From an uncultured Solibacteraceae bacterium (lineage in GTDB: Bacteria > Acidobacteriota > Vicinamibacteria > Vicinamibacterales > SCN-69-37): a stretch of DNA of 47,003 bases. Of the stretch, positions 38,243-46,363 are shown piece by piece. The DNA lies in assembly GCA_964573795.1 (NCBI GenBank), contig CAZNMF010000261.1, forward strand, positions 1 through 47,003, given 5' to 3'. Under the pieces are notes generated by a model. That model ran no database searches, had not been told where the DNA came from, and saw only the letters and a program-made list of their open reading frames with translations. Position numbers and translations under genes: made by a program. Each line of letters begins with the position of its first letter. The first letter of the stretch is position 1.

Positions 38243-39397
38243 GTGGCACGCGAGATGACCGTCGACCAGCGACCGACCGCCGATGCGCTGCTGGCGCGCA
38301 TGCAGGAGCGGGACCGCGCCCGTTTGCGCATCTACATCGGGGCCGCGCCCGGCGTGGGCAAGACGTACGAGATGTTGCAGGAGGCGCACGCGCTCCGCGC
38401 GCGCGGCGTCGACGTCGTGATCGGCATCGTCGAGACGTATGGACGCCGGGACACGGAGGCCCAAATCAAGGATCTCGAGATCGTTCCACGACGGAAGGTC
38501 GACTATCGCGGCGTCCTCATGGAGGAGATGGACGTCGACGGCATCATCCGTCGCGCGCCACAGGCGTGCGTCGTCGACGAGCTGGCGCACACGAACGTGC
38601 CCGGCAGCCGCCACGAGAAGCGGTACGAGGACGTGCTGGAGATTCTCGATGCCGGCATCCACGTCCTCACGGCCGTCAACATCCAGCACCTGGAGACCCT
38701 GAACGACGCCGTCGCGCGCGCCACGGGCGTGCGCGTGCGAGAGACCGTTCCCGACACGTTTCTGGACCGCGCCGACGAGGTCATCAACGTCGATGTCACC
38801 GTCGAGGAGCTGCGTCATCGGCTTCGCGAAGGGAAGATCTATCGGCCGGAGAAGGTCGAACAGGCGCTGTCGAACTTCTTCCGGAAGGGCAATCTCTCGA
38901 CGTTGCGCGAGCTCGCCTTGCGCGCGGTCGCCGACGAGGTCGGCGAAAAGGCGGCCAGCTACCGCGTGCGCGAGGGGCTCGAGCCCGCGTTGATTCCCGA
39001 GCGCGTGATGGTGTGCATGAGCTCCAACGCGCTCGCGCCACGCGTGATCCGGGCCGGCGCCCGCATCGCCGGCCGTCTGGGATCGAAGTGGTACGCCGTG
39101 TACGTCGAGACGCCGCAGGAGCAGCCCGGGCGCATCAAGGGCGACGACGCGGACGCGCTGCGCGAGAACATCCGGCTGGCCGAGAGCCTCGGCGCGATCG
39201 TCGTGCGCGTGAAGGCCGACAAGCCCGCCGACGGACTGATCGCCTTCGCGCAGCGTGAAGGCGTGACGCACGTCATCTTTGGACAGACCGCGCGCGCGCG
39301 ATGGGAGTTGCTGTGGCGCGGGTCCACGCTCGACCGCTTCCTGAGCGCCGTCCCGGACGCCGCCGTGCAGGTCGTGCCCCTGAACGAGGACGTATGA
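38243..39397 (+). CDS. kdpD: KdpD N-terminal sensor domain + Usp domain protein (separate N-terminal half of KdpD)
   Basis: 384 aa. RLRIYIGAAPGVGKTYEMLQEAHALRARGVDVVIGIVETYGRRDT...VDELAHTN (KdpD N-terminal P-loop domain) is followed by a universal-stress-like domain. No TM segment or kinase core is present. The start could instead be the ATG at 38255. Confidence 0.88.
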   Translation: MAREMTVDQRPTADALLARMQERDRARLRIYIGAAPGVGKTYEMLQEAHALRARGVDVVIGIVETYGRRDTEAQIKDLEIVPRRKVDYRGVLMEEMDVDGIIRRAPQACVVDELAHTNVPGSRHEKRYEDVLEILDAGIHVLTAVNIQHLETLNDAVARATGVRVRETVPDTFLDRADEVINVDVTVEELRHRLREGKIYRPEKVEQALSNFFRKGNLSTLRELALRAVADEVGEKAASYRVREGLEPALIPERVMVCMSSNALAPRVIRAGARIAGRLGSKWYAVYVETPQEQPGRIKGDDADALRENIRLAESLGAIVVRVKADKPADGLIAFAQREGVTHVIFGQTARARWELLWRGSTLDRFLSAVPDAAVQVVPLNEDV

Positions 39398-39627
39398 GCG
39401 GGCGTCCGCGCCTTCGCGCGAAGGCGAGGACGATGTCGCCGCGGCGTCGCGCAGTCACGGTGCTGGCGATCACGGCAGCGATGGGTGGATTCACGTGGCT
39501 GGAGACGGTGGTGCCCGGGTACGCGAGCTTGGGCATCGCGATCCTCGCGGCGATCGCCTGGTGCCGGTGGCTGGAGCAGCACGCCGCGGCTCCACCGGTC
39601 GGGACGGCCCATCGCGGCCGAACTTGA
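39394..39627 (+). CDS. Small two-TM membrane protein (hypothetical), translationally coupled to kdpD(N-half)
   Basis: The ATG overlaps the upstream stop (ATGA at 39394-39397) and has a GAGGA RBS. MSGRPRLRAKARTMSPRRRAVTVLAITAAMGGFTWLETVVPGYASLGIAILAAIAWCRWLEQH... is 77 aa. Third codon positions are GC-rich. Confidence 0.5.
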   Translation: MSGRPRLRAKARTMSPRRRAVTVLAITAAMGGFTWLETVVPGYASLGIAILAAIAWCRWLEQHAAAPPVGTAHRGRT

Positions 39628-39642
39628 AGTCCGCCGAGGTTC

Positions 39643-40320
39643 TCAGCCTTTCGATCGCCTGAACGCCGCTTCGTAAAGGACGGGCGCGCCTGTAGGGACG
39701 GCTCCAGGCTGCGGGCGGTTGTGCTCCGTCAGCGGCACGCCTGCGTCCGGCTCGAATCCCGCCGCGCGCAGCTCGTCGACGAGTTGCGCTTCGGTCAGAA
39801 AGCATTGCGGATTGCCCGAGAACTGCGTGAAGACGAACGACTCGCCTTCGATCGGCGTCGCGTCCGGCGGCAGCGTGTGCCGCGAGAAGGTGAAGACGAA
39901 CAGCGCCGCGCCGGGCTTCGTGACGCGTGCGGCTTCGGCGACGCCCCGTCGAAACTCCGCCGACGATCGCGCGAGGTTCCAGATACCGTGCGCGATCACG
40001 AAGTCGATCGACGCGCCGGCGATCGGCAGGTGCTCCATCGGCGCGAGCACCGGATGCAGGCGTGCGTCGACGTGCGCGTGTCGCGCGCGGGCGATCGCCG
40101 CCTCGAGCATCGGCCACGACAGATCGACCGCCGCGACCTCCCATCCCATCTCGGCGAGCGGTACGGCGTTGCGCCCCGCGCCGCAGCCGATGTCGAGCGC
40201 CCGCGCGCCCGAGCGCAGCTCCTGCTTCGCGAATGCGATCAGCGTGTCGTTCGGCAGCGACTTCGAGAATCCCGCGACGGTGGAGGGATCGCTCCACGGC
40301 GATCCGGCGAGAGGGTCCAT
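39643..40320 (-). CDS. Class I SAM-dependent methyltransferase
   Basis: The ATG at 40320 gives MDPLAGSPWSDPSTVAGF...ARALDIGCGAGRNAVPLAEMGWEVAAVDLS (motif I). 225 aa. The upstream in-frame extension to 40494 is unlikely. Confidence 0.8.
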   Translation of the reverse strand: MDPLAGSPWSDPSTVAGFSKSLPNDTLIAFAKQELRSGARALDIGCGAGRNAVPLAEMGWEVAAVDLSWPMLEAAIARARHAHVDARLHPVLAPMEHLPIAGASIDFVIAHGIWNLARSSAEFRRGVAEAARVTKPGAALFVFTFSRHTLPPDATPIEGESFVFTQFSGNPQCFLTEAQLVDELRAAGFEPDAGVPLTEHNRPQPGAVPTGAPVLYEAAFRRSKG

Positions 40321-40490
40321 GGGTCGAACCGTAACACGGCTGTGGCGATCGTCTTTGCGCGCGCTCAAACTGCCGTCCGGAGGGGCTCTTGTTGTGGACG
40401 TCATCGGAGCCGCTCGTCGCCGTACGCGCGAGGTCTTCGTCGGCGATGCGGCCGAGAGCACAGGTGTCGCTGGACTCGTTGCGACGACGA

Positions 40491-41050
40491 TCAATCCTGG
40501 CGCCGGTCAGGTTTCTCCTTCACCTGCGACATCAGTGCGAGCAACTGGCCGTCAAGATCCTCGAAGAAAGCCATCCATTCTTCGACGCCCGAGTCGTGGC
40601 GGTGAATCATGTGTGGCGCTCCACGAAAGGTCACGCCGCGGGCAACCAGCTGCGCGTACGTCGCGGCAATATCCGGCGTAGAGAAATAGAGGATCGCCTG
40701 GCCAGGTGAATTGCCCTCCGCTCGACGGCCTTTGGAATGTCGCTCACCTGACGGGAGATTTGGCCGATCGGTCCCAGCTTCACTTCTGCAGTCATGGCAG
40801 CACCTTGTCGATGAAGCCCGCTGTCTGCGGGCGTTCCACGCCAGCGCCGGAGCTCGCTGCGCCGCGCAAGTGAGAGTTTTCCAAGGGCGTTCTTGAGATG
40901 ATATTTGACGGTTTCGGAACTGACGCGCAAGCGCCGGCTGATCTCTCGATTCGTCATCCCATGACGGACGGCATTCGTCACGCGCCACTCCGCCGGGGTG
41001 AGGACGTCGGGATGAGGTGGGCGACCACGTGGTCGCCTCGTACGTCGCAT
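40491..41050 (-). pseudogene. LuxR-HTH / glyoxalase (VOC) fusion gene disrupted by an internal deletion and frameshift
   Basis: The frame from ATG 41050 reads MRRTRRPRGRPPHPDVLTPAEWRVTNAVRHGMTNREISRRLRVSSETVKYHLKNALGKLSLARRSEL...MTAEVKLGPIGQISRQVSDIPKAVE and then out-of-frame residues to a stop at 40631. The rest of the VOC domain (GNSPGQAILYFSTPDIAATYAQLVARGVTFRGAPHMIHRHDSGVEEWMAFFEDLDGQLLALMSQV) lies in another frame ending at 40491. The junction is near 40716-40720. About 35 aa of the first VOC module appear to be missing. Confidence 0.55.
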
Positions 41051-41123
41051 GGCAGATGGTAGCGTTGCCGGGCGTCGAATTTCCCTCCCCCTGCTTTGTT
41101 CGGGCAGTGTGCCGACGCTACGT

Positions 41124-43751
41124 CTATTCCGCGCGCAGCGCCACCACCGGATCGACGTGCGCCGCGCGCCACGCGGGAATGGCCGCGGCTGTGAGCGCCG
41201 CGGCGGCGAGCAGGACGACCGCGGCGATGAACGTCGGCGGATCCGTGGGCGTGACCTCGAACAGCAGCTGCCCGAGGACGCGCGTGAGGGCGAAAGCGCC
41301 GGCCACGCCGATCGCGACGCCGGCGAGCGCGAGCACGATGGCTTTGACGACGACGAGCCGGACGACGTCGCGGCTGCTCGATCCCAGCGCGAGACGAATG
41401 CCGAACTCGCGCGTGCGGCACGTGACCGCATAGGCCATCACGCCGTAGATGCCCACGATCGTCAGCGCGAGCGCGGCCGCGGCGAAGATCGACAGCAGGC
41501 GCGCTTGAAATGCAGGAGAGGCGGTGTGCGCCGAGATCAATTGGCTCATCGGCACGAGCGTCGGCACCGGCATGTCGGGATCGATGCGCCGGAACGCGTC
41601 GCGAATGCCCGGAAGCAGGCGCGTCGGATCGGCTGCCGTCCGCACGACGAACGTCATGTGCGAGACGAAGAAGCTCGACTGAACCTGTTGGTACGGCTGG
41701 TAGATCGCGCGGCTGCGATCTTCCGTCAGGCCGCCCTGCCTGATGTCGTCGACCACGCCGACGACCGTCAGCCAGTCGCTGGCCGATCGCGGCGGCGTTT
41801 GAAGGCTGAGGCGCTGTCCGATCGCGCGCTCGCCCGGCCACAGCTCGCGCGCGACGGACGCCGTGACGATCGCGATAGGCTGCGCGCGTTCGTCGTCTCG
41901 ATCGGTGAACGCGCGGCCGTCGAGCAGACGGATGCCCATCGCGCGGAAGTAGTCGGCGCTGACGGCCGGTTTGATGACGAGATACCCGGGCGGCAACGTG
42001 CGGCCACCCTCGAGCGCAAAGTCGCCGCGGAGCGACATCATCCCGAACGGCAACCAGTTCACGACACCGGCGGATTCCACGTCCGGCAGCGCGGCAATGG
42101 CGGCGAGCGCGTCGTGATGGAAGCGCTCGGCGTCTGCGGCCGTGCGATAGCTGGTCTCGGGCAGATCGATCGCCGCGGTGACGACGTTCGTCGCATTGAA
42201 TCCCGTGTCGACGCGCGAAAGCCGCAGGAAGCTCTTCAGCATCAGGCCGGCGCCGGTAAGCAGGATGACGGCCAGCGCGATCTCGACGACAACGAACACC
42301 GCATGGAGCCGTTCGCCATGTGGCGCGATTGCGCGCGTCGACGAGACGAGCGCCTGTGACCGGCGCGCGGCTCTGAGCGCCGGCAACAGACCGAAGGCGA
42401 GCGCCGACAGCAGCGCCAGCAAGGCCGCGACGCTCAGGACGGTGACGTCGATCCGAATCAGCTCGACGCGCGGGATCGCGCCCGCCGGCGCAAGCGCGAT
42501 GAGCGCCGGCATCGCGACGTACGCCAGCGCGACGCCGAGCAGTGCGCCGGGAATGGCGATCGCCAGGCTCTCTGCGATCAGTTGCTGGATGAGGCGCCCG
42601 CGCCCCGCTCCCAATGCCGCGCGCAAGGTCAGCTCACGCTCACGCTCCGCCGTGCGCACGAGAAAAAGATTCGACACGTTCGCGCAGGCGATGAGCAGTA
42701 CGAACGCGACGGTCGCCGCCAGCACGCCGAGCGGCCGCGCGACGTCACCGACGATGCGATCTTTCAGCGGCGAGGCGATCGTCAGCCAGTTGTCGGACGT
42801 CGCGTCTGCGGGCTTCGTCAGCGACTCCAGCTCGGCCTTCGCCTGCGCTGCGGTCGCGCCGGGCTTCAGACGGCCAATCACCGGGCGAAAGAACGAGTTG
42901 CCGCCTTGCGACGGACCGATCGCCAGCGGCGTCCAGCACTCGGCCTTGTCAGGAAACGAGAATCCCGCCGGCATCACGCCGACGACGAGATGTAGGACGC
43001 CATCGAGGCGGACGCTGCGGCCCACGACATCCGGCGCGGCGGCGAATTGCGTATGCCACAGACGCTCGCCGATCACGACGACCGGCGACGAGACGTCAGC
43101 GTCCGCGAGTGCTCGTCCGAGCGACGGCCTGACGCGCAGCAGGTCGAAGAATCGCGTCGTCACCTCGGCGCGAGCGACGCGCGCAGGCTCGCCCGCGCCC
43201 GTGAGGTTCGACGCCTGTGTGCCGAACATCGCGAGGCTGTCGAAGAGCCGTGTGCCGCGCTGGAAGTCGAGGAAGGGCGCTTCGCCGAGGCCCGGGGCCA
43301 ATCCGAAGAGACGCTCGACCGGCGCGGACGACAGGCGCAGCAGGCGATCAGGCTCGGGAAAGGGCAGGGGCTGGAGCAAGACGCCGTTCACGACGGCGAA
43401 GGTCGCGGTCGATGAGCCGATTCCGATCGCGATCGTCGCGATTGCGGTCGCGGCGAACGCCGGCCGTCTGACGAGCATGCGCGCGGCGACGCGAAGATCG
43501 CGCATCAGATTCACGAGGGGAGTGACACCGCGGGCGTCGCGCAGCCGTTCCTGCTGCTGCGCCACGCCGCCGAGCGCGCGCAACGCGGCCGTTCGCGCCG
43601 CCGCCGGCGTCATGCCGGCCGCAATGTGCTCCGCGATCTGGCGATCGACGTGATCGCGCAGCTCGTCGTCGACGTCGCGATCGAGCTGCCGGCCGAAGAA
43701 CAGCGATAGCAGCCGCAGCCGCGCGCGCAACAGCCAGCGTTCGACGTCCAT
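41124..43751 (-). CDS. ADOP-type duplicated FtsX/MacB-like permease (no adjacent ABC ATPase)
   Basis: The ATG at 43751 lies 2 nt after the PadR stop. Helical prefix MDVERWLLRARLRLLSLFFGRQLDRDVDDELRDHVDRQIAEHIAAGMTP... is followed by LRVAARMLVRRPAFAATAIATIAIGIGSSTATFAVVNGVLLQPLPFPEPDRLLRL. Two MacB/FtsX halves are present. C-terminus ...WRAAHVDPVVALRAE. 875 aa. Confidence 0.88.
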   Translation of the reverse strand: MDVERWLLRARLRLLSLFFGRQLDRDVDDELRDHVDRQIAEHIAAGMTPAAARTAALRALGGVAQQQERLRDARGVTPLVNLMRDLRVAARMLVRRPAFAATAIATIAIGIGSSTATFAVVNGVLLQPLPFPEPDRLLRLSSAPVERLFGLAPGLGEAPFLDFQRGTRLFDSLAMFGTQASNLTGAGEPARVARAEVTTRFFDLLRVRPSLGRALADADVSSPVVVIGERLWHTQFAAAPDVVGRSVRLDGVLHLVVGVMPAGFSFPDKAECWTPLAIGPSQGGNSFFRPVIGRLKPGATAAQAKAELESLTKPADATSDNWLTIASPLKDRIVGDVARPLGVLAATVAFVLLIACANVSNLFLVRTAERERELTLRAALGAGRGRLIQQLIAESLAIAIPGALLGVALAYVAMPALIALAPAGAIPRVELIRIDVTVLSVAALLALLSALAFGLLPALRAARRSQALVSSTRAIAPHGERLHAVFVVVEIALAVILLTGAGLMLKSFLRLSRVDTGFNATNVVTAAIDLPETSYRTAADAERFHHDALAAIAALPDVESAGVVNWLPFGMMSLRGDFALEGGRTLPPGYLVIKPAVSADYFRAMGIRLLDGRAFTDRDDERAQPIAIVTASVARELWPGERAIGQRLSLQTPPRSASDWLTVVGVVDDIRQGGLTEDRSRAIYQPYQQVQSSFFVSHMTFVVRTAADPTRLLPGIRDAFRRIDPDMPVPTLVPMSQLISAHTASPAFQARLLSIFAAAALALTIVGIYGVMAYAVTCRTREFGIRLALGSSSRDVVRLVVVKAIVLALAGVAIGVAGAFALTRVLGQLLFEVTPTDPPTFIAAVVLLAAAALTAAAIPAWRAAHVDPVVALRAE

Positions 43752-43753
43752 GT

Positions 43754-44089
43754 CTACACCTCGCGGAGCTTGACGACGCGGGAGATTGCGGTGGACAGCC
43801 GCTGCCAGTCGCCGGTCTCCTGCTCGAGCTTCCGGCGGCCTGGGCGCGTGAGCGTGTAGAACTTCGCACGGCGGTTGTTCTCGCTCGCGCGCCACTCGGC
43901 CTTGATCCACCCCTGCTGCTCGAGCTTGTGGAGTGCCGGATACAGCGACCCGTCGCTGACCTGCAGCACATCGTCCGAGACCTGACGAAGGCGCTGGCCG
44001 ACGGCCCAGCCGTGGAGCGGCTCGAGCGCGAGGATCTTCAGGATCAGGAGATCGAGCGTGCCCTGGACGAGATCGGATGGTCGGCTCAC
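43754..44089 (-). CDS. PadR-family transcriptional regulator (Acidobacterial type)
   Basis: 111 aa. QGTLDLLILKILALEPLHGWAVGQRLRQVSDDVLQVSDGSLYPALHKLEQQGWIKAEWRASENNRRAKFYTLTRPGRRKLE. Confidence 0.9.
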   Translation of the reverse strand: MSRPSDLVQGTLDLLILKILALEPLHGWAVGQRLRQVSDDVLQVSDGSLYPALHKLEQQGWIKAEWRASENNRRAKFYTLTRPGRRKLEQETGDWQRLSTAISRVVKLREV

Positions 44090-44101
44090 GACTTCACTCG
44101 G

Positions 44102-44134
44102 TTACCGAGAGCATAGCGTCTCTCGTCTCGGTAA
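44102..44134. promoter_or_regulatory. Perfect 9-bp inverted repeat, candidate PadR operator immediately upstream of the PadR gene
   Basis: TTACCGAGA(44102-44110)-15 nt-TCTCGGTAA(44126-44134). An overlapping 13-nt palindrome CTCGGTtACCGAG sits at 44097-44109. The element lies 8-45 nt upstream of the GTG start at 44089. Confidence 0.45.
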
Positions 44135-44181
44135 GCAAGGGGAAGAAGGAGGAAGAGACCCCGGCGGAGGCTCAGGCGGCG

Positions 44182-46317
44182 CTACGGCGCCACACGGCGC
44201 CGCTCGAAGGCGATCAGCGCGTTCGACGAGGCCGTCATCGTCAGCGGTGTCGCCGCCGTGAGCGCGCGCGCGAGCGCCTGGCCCTTTTCCGTGTCCATGA
44301 CGGCTTGTGTCGCGATCAGATAGTCGCACGGGCCCATCGGGCCGGATCGGGCCGCCGCCGCGACGTCGCGCCCGGCGTAGAACACGCGGTTCGTCAGGTC
44401 GTACGACTGCAGCATCAGCGGCTCGTCGAGACGCGCGATCGCGAAGAACCGGCGCTGGACGCACGGTAGGTTCGCCGCATCCTCCGCCGCGCGGATCGTC
44501 AGATAGAGATCTCGCGCGGCGCTCAAAGGATGCGCGCCGGCGGCCAGCGCATCGCGCTCCTGCCGTTCCGCGCTGGTCGCAAGCTGCCGCGTGGCCGCGT
44601 CACGCGCCGCGATGACGGGCGCGCACGCGGTGGCGACCACGAAGGCTGCGGCAATCGCGACGGGTACAGCGAGCTTCGGCCGCGACGCGATGCCGCGAGC
44701 GGCGGCGACGATGCCGAAGGAGATGACGCACCAGAGCCACGTCAGCGGCGGCACGTCCGCATGCCTGGGCCCGCTGCCGTGCAGCGCCGACGTGAACAGG
44801 AGGCAGCCGATCGACGCGACGACGGCGATCGCGGCAGACGCGATCGTCTCGCGCGCATGCCAGCGCCATCCCGCCGGAAACAGCGCGACGTACGCGGTAA
44901 ACGGCACGAGCGCGGCGACAGGGAGTGCGTAACGCAGCGAGAACCCGCGCGTCCAGTCGAGGCTCGTCCACGGCGCGCCGACGAGCAGCCAGACGAGCGC
45001 GCCGCCGGCGCCGATCGTGATCGTCAATAGCAGACCGCGCGTCCAGACGCGCGCCGTATCGACGCCGCGCCGCCGCGCGGCGATCGCGAGATCGATCGGG
45101 ATGAGCGCGAGCAGCCACGGCGTCCACAGATACCAGCGGCCGAGCCAGAGACGGACGTACTGTCGCGCGCGTCCTGCGAGGTCGTAGTGCGGATCGTTCG
45201 CCAGGTCGCCGAAGACGGAGAGATACGTCGTCGGTCCCAGCGCGTCGCCGGTGAAGATCGTGATGCCGAAGATTTGCAGACCTTGCGGCGCGATCGGCGA
45301 TCCGAACAGGATCCAGTCACGAATCATCCAGATGCCGCCGCTTGCAAGCAACGCGACGGCGGCGGTCACGGCCAGGCCCGCGCGCGGTGACGGCCAGTCG
45401 ATGGGCTCTCGCGTCACGATCCATCTCGCCCCTTCGGCCAGGACCCACACGAGAGCGATGAGCACGGCGGCGGCCGCGCCGCTCGTCTTCGAGCCGAGCA
45501 GCAGTCCGAGCGCAAGCGAGCCGAGCAGCACGTCGCGCCTGCGCACGATGCGGTGTGCCGAGACCGCCAGCGCGATCGCCACGATTGCGACGAACCCGCC
45601 AGCGAACCACAGATCCGCGGACACGAGGCTGCTCATGCGGAAGAGCGGCGTGCCGAACAGCGCGAGCGCGGGCCACGTCGCCCACGCCAGACCCGACTCG
45701 CCCGTGACGAGACGGAAGATCCAGAGCAGCGACGCCACCAGCAGGAGAAACGGCAAGGCCATCGTCAAATCGACGAGCAGCGGGCTTCCCAGCGGCAGGA
45801 TGAACCACGCGTCGAGCATGCTGCCGGCCATCGGATAGGTGTGCGGCGTGGCCGGCAGATCGAACAGGCGCGTGCCGAGCGCGAGATTGACGGCCACGGG
45901 CACGTGATAGTGCGCGGCATCGGTACCGTCGACGAGCGCAGATGTCGAGGCGTGATCGATCCACGCGAGGACGATCGCCACGAGCGCGATCGCCGCGGCG
46001 ATCTCGGCGATCGCGACGGTGGTGGATATCGTCGCTGGGGGTTGTCGCGGCGTCGTCTGGCCGGCCGCGCGCCGCATCGACAGCCAGATCGCGATATCGA
46101 GCGCCGCCAGACCGATCACGCTGCGCGTCAGCGTGAGGCCTGCGGTCAGCGCGAGCACGTGCAGCACCGCAGACAGCGTCCCGATGCCGGCGACGATGCC
46201 CGCGAACAGGCGCTCATCGGTCGAGGCGCCCGGGAGGCCGCGTCGTACGAGCCGCCAGATCGTGCATCCGTGCAGGCCCAGCCCCGCGAGCCAGGTCCAT
46301 ATCCCGATCAGCGCCAT
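44182..46317 (-). CDS. Large polytopic membrane protein (14 or more TM) with a C-terminal soluble domain; possibly a GT-C-type glycosyltransferase-like protein
   Basis: 711 aa. About 520 aa of densely packed TM helices with short loops (for example DGTDAAHYHVPVAVNLALG) are followed by roughly 190 aa of non-membrane sequence. I recognise no confident family signature. Confidence 0.45.
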   Translation of the reverse strand: MALIGIWTWLAGLGLHGCTIWRLVRRGLPGASTDERLFAGIVAGIGTLSAVLHVLALTAGLTLTRSVIGLAALDIAIWLSMRRAAGQTTPRQPPATISTTVAIAEIAAAIALVAIVLAWIDHASTSALVDGTDAAHYHVPVAVNLALGTRLFDLPATPHTYPMAGSMLDAWFILPLGSPLLVDLTMALPFLLLVASLLWIFRLVTGESGLAWATWPALALFGTPLFRMSSLVSADLWFAGGFVAIVAIALAVSAHRIVRRRDVLLGSLALGLLLGSKTSGAAAAVLIALVWVLAEGARWIVTREPIDWPSPRAGLAVTAAVALLASGGIWMIRDWILFGSPIAPQGLQIFGITIFTGDALGPTTYLSVFGDLANDPHYDLAGRARQYVRLWLGRWYLWTPWLLALIPIDLAIAARRRGVDTARVWTRGLLLTITIGAGGALVWLLVGAPWTSLDWTRGFSLRYALPVAALVPFTAYVALFPAGWRWHARETIASAAIAVVASIGCLLFTSALHGSGPRHADVPPLTWLWCVISFGIVAAARGIASRPKLAVPVAIAAAFVVATACAPVIAARDAATRQLATSAERQERDALAAGAHPLSAARDLYLTIRAAEDAANLPCVQRRFFAIARLDEPLMLQSYDLTNRVFYAGRDVAAAARSGPMGPCDYLIATQAVMDTEKGQALARALTAATPLTMTASSNALIAFERRRVAP

Positions 46318-46363
46318 GTCCGGCCGCGGATTATAGGTCAGGCGTGGAGAGGGGGGTGCGTGC

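Noticed and set aside
39749-39763. GGCTCGAATCCCGCC resembles the T-arm/3' end of tRNA-Ser (GGTTCGAATCCCTTCC). I considered it as a possible att-site duplication delimiting a 26-kb island from 13.1 to 39.7 kb.
   Set aside because: The match is short and imperfect and lies inside the methyltransferase coding sequence. No integrase or other mobility gene lies in the interval, and composition is not distinct.
41051-41123. An imperfect long-range complementarity (GTAGCGT...ACGCTAC) and a GGGGGAGGGAAA tract between ADOP2 and the LuxR-VOC gene, considered as a terminator or riboregulator.
   Set aside because: The stems are short and interrupted, no U-tract is present, and I recognise no structure family. 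The evidence is too weak to call.
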